Below are positions 61,092-64,000 of a stretch of 64,000 nt of DNA, in pieces. The position numbers were made by a program, and so were the translations under genes. Source of the DNA: Laetmonice hystrix (Eukaryota); NCBI GenBank assembly GCA_965235115.1, contig OZ249442.1, positions 11,160,001 through 11,224,000 on the forward strand. The letters run 5' to 3'. The notes under the pieces are model-generated. The model was not told where the DNA came from. It worked only from the letters and a program-made list of their open reading frames with translations, and did not search any database. How positions within the stretch are numbered: position 1 is the stretch's first letter; every line of letters starts with the position of its first letter.

Positions 61092-62210
61092 TTCCCCCTC
61101 TCTCTCTTGAATAATTTTATAGATAACATGTCAAACAATATCATGTAGTCTTACGTGTCGTCCACGAATTCTTCCGTCATATTATACAAAATCACGACCT
61201 AAGTCATACAGACATGTATGTATACCCACGCACGTGGATGGACATGTACCCACTCACGTGCATGCACGCTGTGTGGTGGGCGCCGACTCGTGCCCGTCCG
61301 TCTTCCTCTCTCCTACCGGGATTCTCTCCCATCGTGTCTCGTCTCTCTGACAGACACCGCCACGTCGGCCCTGGATCTACACCAGGATTTCCTGGTCGTT
61401 TCTCCATTGCTTCCTCCATCGGTATATATTATATAACCAGGCTAAAGGCTGGTGAAAAAAGTCAGAATGAGTGTACCCTACCTGGCAGGTGTAGCCTGGG
61501 GTGGGGGTGGGGGGGCGGGGTATGCCATTCACCCTCATAATGCACTCGATCCACCTTTTCACGTACTCGAGTATAAAGAAACGTGCATACTCCTGCCGCT
61601 TGCAGCCTGTGAGCGGGGAGGGAGTAAGTCGGTTGGTTTGTTATATATACCCACCTTTCTTCACCGAGTACTACAGTACATCAGGGCACACAAACTTAAC
61701 ATGTTTTCCTTTTCACCACTTTTATTACTTACGTGTCGCTTGTCTTGAGGTGCATGAAAACAAAATTTAGCGCCGAGGAGGTTAGGAGTCGAGTCCCGCG
61801 CACTGAGCCCCCCTCCCTCCCTCCCCGATGGCGGGGAGGGAGGCACAGCCGGTCGGTCGGTCGGTCCGGTGGGCGGAAGGCCCGGTCTGGGCCCGGCACG
61901 ATTATATACTCCATGCACCAGAGCGTCGCGTTGACATGTTTGTAAACGATGACATAACAACTAGCATGAGTCCGAACAACCGTGCTGTTTAAGGCGACAT
62001 ACCGAACTTTGTATGGCGTTCAATTAACACAGACCGATCATTCATCATTTAGCCCGTTCCGCTAGCCTCATTATAACATCAATTAAGCCACAGTAGAAGT
62101 AATTAAGCCATCGCATCCAATGTTTTGTCGACTGATCGCTGATGATTCGCTATCTATGTCTTCTCCTACTTTCTAGGGTGTAGTGTCACTACGCTAGCTG
62201 TCGCACCGGC

Positions 62211-62276
62211 TGACCTTACGAGCGCGAGGATTGTTTACTGTACGGGCTGACCCCAGGCTGGAGAGAAATATTAAAA
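62211..62276 (+). promoter_or_regulatory. Candidate proximal promoter of the P450 gene
   Basis: TGACCT 62211-62216, TGTTTAC (Fox-type) 62232-62238, TGACCC 62248-62253, TATA-like TATTAAAA 62269-62276, about 60 bp before the ATG. Confidence 0.4.
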
Positions 62277-62334
62277 GCCGCCGCGTCCAAGGGAGAAGCA
62301 CATTGAATCTAGCGCTCGGCTCACACGCTTCGCC

Positions 62335-62598
62335 ATGTCGGCCACTGCCAAACGGCTGCTGCGGCCTGCGACCACCACCGCCTCCCGTGTGCTTGCACGG
62401 CGGTTCGGTGAGCTGATGCCAGCCACTGTGACCAGCTCGGGTACAGACACCACTGCTGGGACGGGTAGCGCCAAACCTACCAATACAGAAACCATCAAAT
62501 CCATCTCGGACTTAGATGGCCCTCCGGCTTGGCCACTGATCGGAAACTTTTGGACTTACATCAAAAAGGAAAACCGAGGACGACTTCATGAAGTACAG
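62335..62598 (+). CDS. Exon 1 of a mitochondrial-clan cytochrome P450 (CYP27/CYP24-like); remainder outside window
   Basis: cgccATG; Arg/Ser/Thr-rich presequence MSATAKRLLRPATTTASRVLARRF; proline-rich hinge KSISDLDGPPAWPLIGNFWTY; ...GRLHEVQ|gtgagg phase-0 donor at the position where exon 1 ends in vertebrate CYP27A1/CYP24A1 (from recall). Confidence 0.85.
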
Positions 62599-63527
62599 GT
62601 GAGGGTTACACTTGTCTACCTGGGGTGTGTGTTGTGTGTGTGGAGGGAGGGCAGTGACAGGGAGGGTTAGAGGAGATGGGGGTGGGGGGCTGCTCACCTG
62701 TGTACGTCCACCCTCGACACTGGCCGTTTGTATTAAGGGGTCGGCGGGGTGGTGAGACGGGCAGTCGGCCGGCCGGTCGGACCAATGTCACCAAGCAGTC
62801 AGTGAGGGAGGCGGTCAGCCCACAGACCCATCGTTCCATGTCGCTATGTCAAACATGCATGCATCACATTGACTGACGGCCAACACGGGCCCTGCGGACA
62901 CGGTCACCATCAACATGCACGTGCGATGGGTGGTCAAGCGGCGATCCGTTCGCCGGGCATTTGTCGACGATATGCGGAGAGGCGAGAAAACTCGCGCACG
63001 CACGCACGCACACACGCACGCACACCCCGTGCGTTCTCTCCCACACCCAGGGCGCGCGGGGCTCCTAAACCCTCCTATACGAGCCCGTTCACATGAGTGC
63101 CCATGTCATACTCACCCTCACTCCAACAAGTGTCATTCACTCCATGTTAGCCCCCATTACACCTGTAAAAACGCGCTTTAACTTACGCCTAAAGGAAAGC
63201 GCGGCAAACTTAACTTGAACGACTGCCACGAAACATGTAACCCTGCCCGACACCCAGCCTCCGTCTCTTCAGTCAAAGGTATCGAGACATTCAGGTATAC
63301 ATCTGACATTCAGAAATCAGGTGGGCGTTGATGATATATGACAAACCATTGACGGTGTATATAAATGACATATGTAAACGTGCCATAGGTGGTCCCCAGG
63401 GCTTGAGGTGTGAAACATGCGGTCAGCGTTCCACTCTCACACACATGTTTTATCCGGCACTTGAAGCAGCGGCAAGTTATACGCCTGTCAACAAGCAGAT
63501 AGTGACGTGTGTATAAAAAATAATCAG

Positions 63528-64000
63528 ATATTATAGGTGGGGAGGTGGAGAATGATATTATAGGCAGGTGGGGAGGTGGAGAATGATATTATAGGCAGGT
63601 GGGGAGGTGGAGAATGAGGCAGGTGGGGTGGAGAATGGTATAGGCATGTGGGGAGGTGGAGAATGATATTATAGGCATGTGGGGAGGTGGAGAATGATAT
63701 TATAGGCAGGTGGGGAGGTGGAGAATGATATTATAGGCAGGTGGGGAGGTGGAGAATGAGGCAGGTAGGGTGGAGAATGGTATAGGCAGGTGGGGAGGTG
63801 GGGAATGATATTATAGGCAGGTGAGGAGGTGGGGAATGATATTATAGGCAGGTGAGGAGGTGGAGAATGATATTATAGGCAGGTGAGGAGGTGGAGAATG
63901 ATATTATAGGCAGGTGGGGAGGTGGAGAATGAGGCAGGTGGGGAGGTGGAGAATGAGGCAGGTGGGGAGATGGAGAATGATATTATAGGCAGGTTGGGAG
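63528..64000. repeat. G-rich 31-bp minisatellite (with shorter variants) in P450 intron 1, runs off window
   Basis: Unit aggcaggtggggaggtggagaatgatattat; variants lack the atattat tail. Confidence 0.93.

Overview
Eukaryotic (bilaterian marine-invertebrate-like; taxon is inference) genomic DNA with GT-AG introns and no prokaryotic features. Genes: (1) a probable minus-strand coding exon at 1-581 encoding a 14-aa Ser/Pro/Thr repeat. It runs off the left edge, so the ORF track does not list it in this frame. (2) A complete 15-exon minus-strand gene (13554->3412, 4287 nt CDS, 1428 aa by my splice model) with an N-terminal Cys/His module, three AT-hooks, a KH-like segment, about 16 C2H2-type zinc fingers and an acidic tail. 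(3) Exon 1 of a mitochondrial-clan cytochrome P450 on the plus strand (62335-62598). The ~48 kb between genes 2 and 3 holds no gene I can recognise. It contains many unrelated tandem arrays (units of 6-104 bp), non-autonomous DNA transposons with readable TIRs/TSDs (Kolobok-, PIF/Harbinger-, hAT- and Sola-like), a tRNA-derived SINE with an 11-bp TSD, and some promoter-like motif clusters. Most notable: both minus-strand genes share one upstream architecture (splice donor, then an identical CAAAATGGCGTC YY1-type motif ~80 bp away, then a cluster of CTCF-like motifs ~250-400 bp further), and the zinc-finger protein has an unusual modular make-up. No homology searches were run; all family names come from motif recognition.
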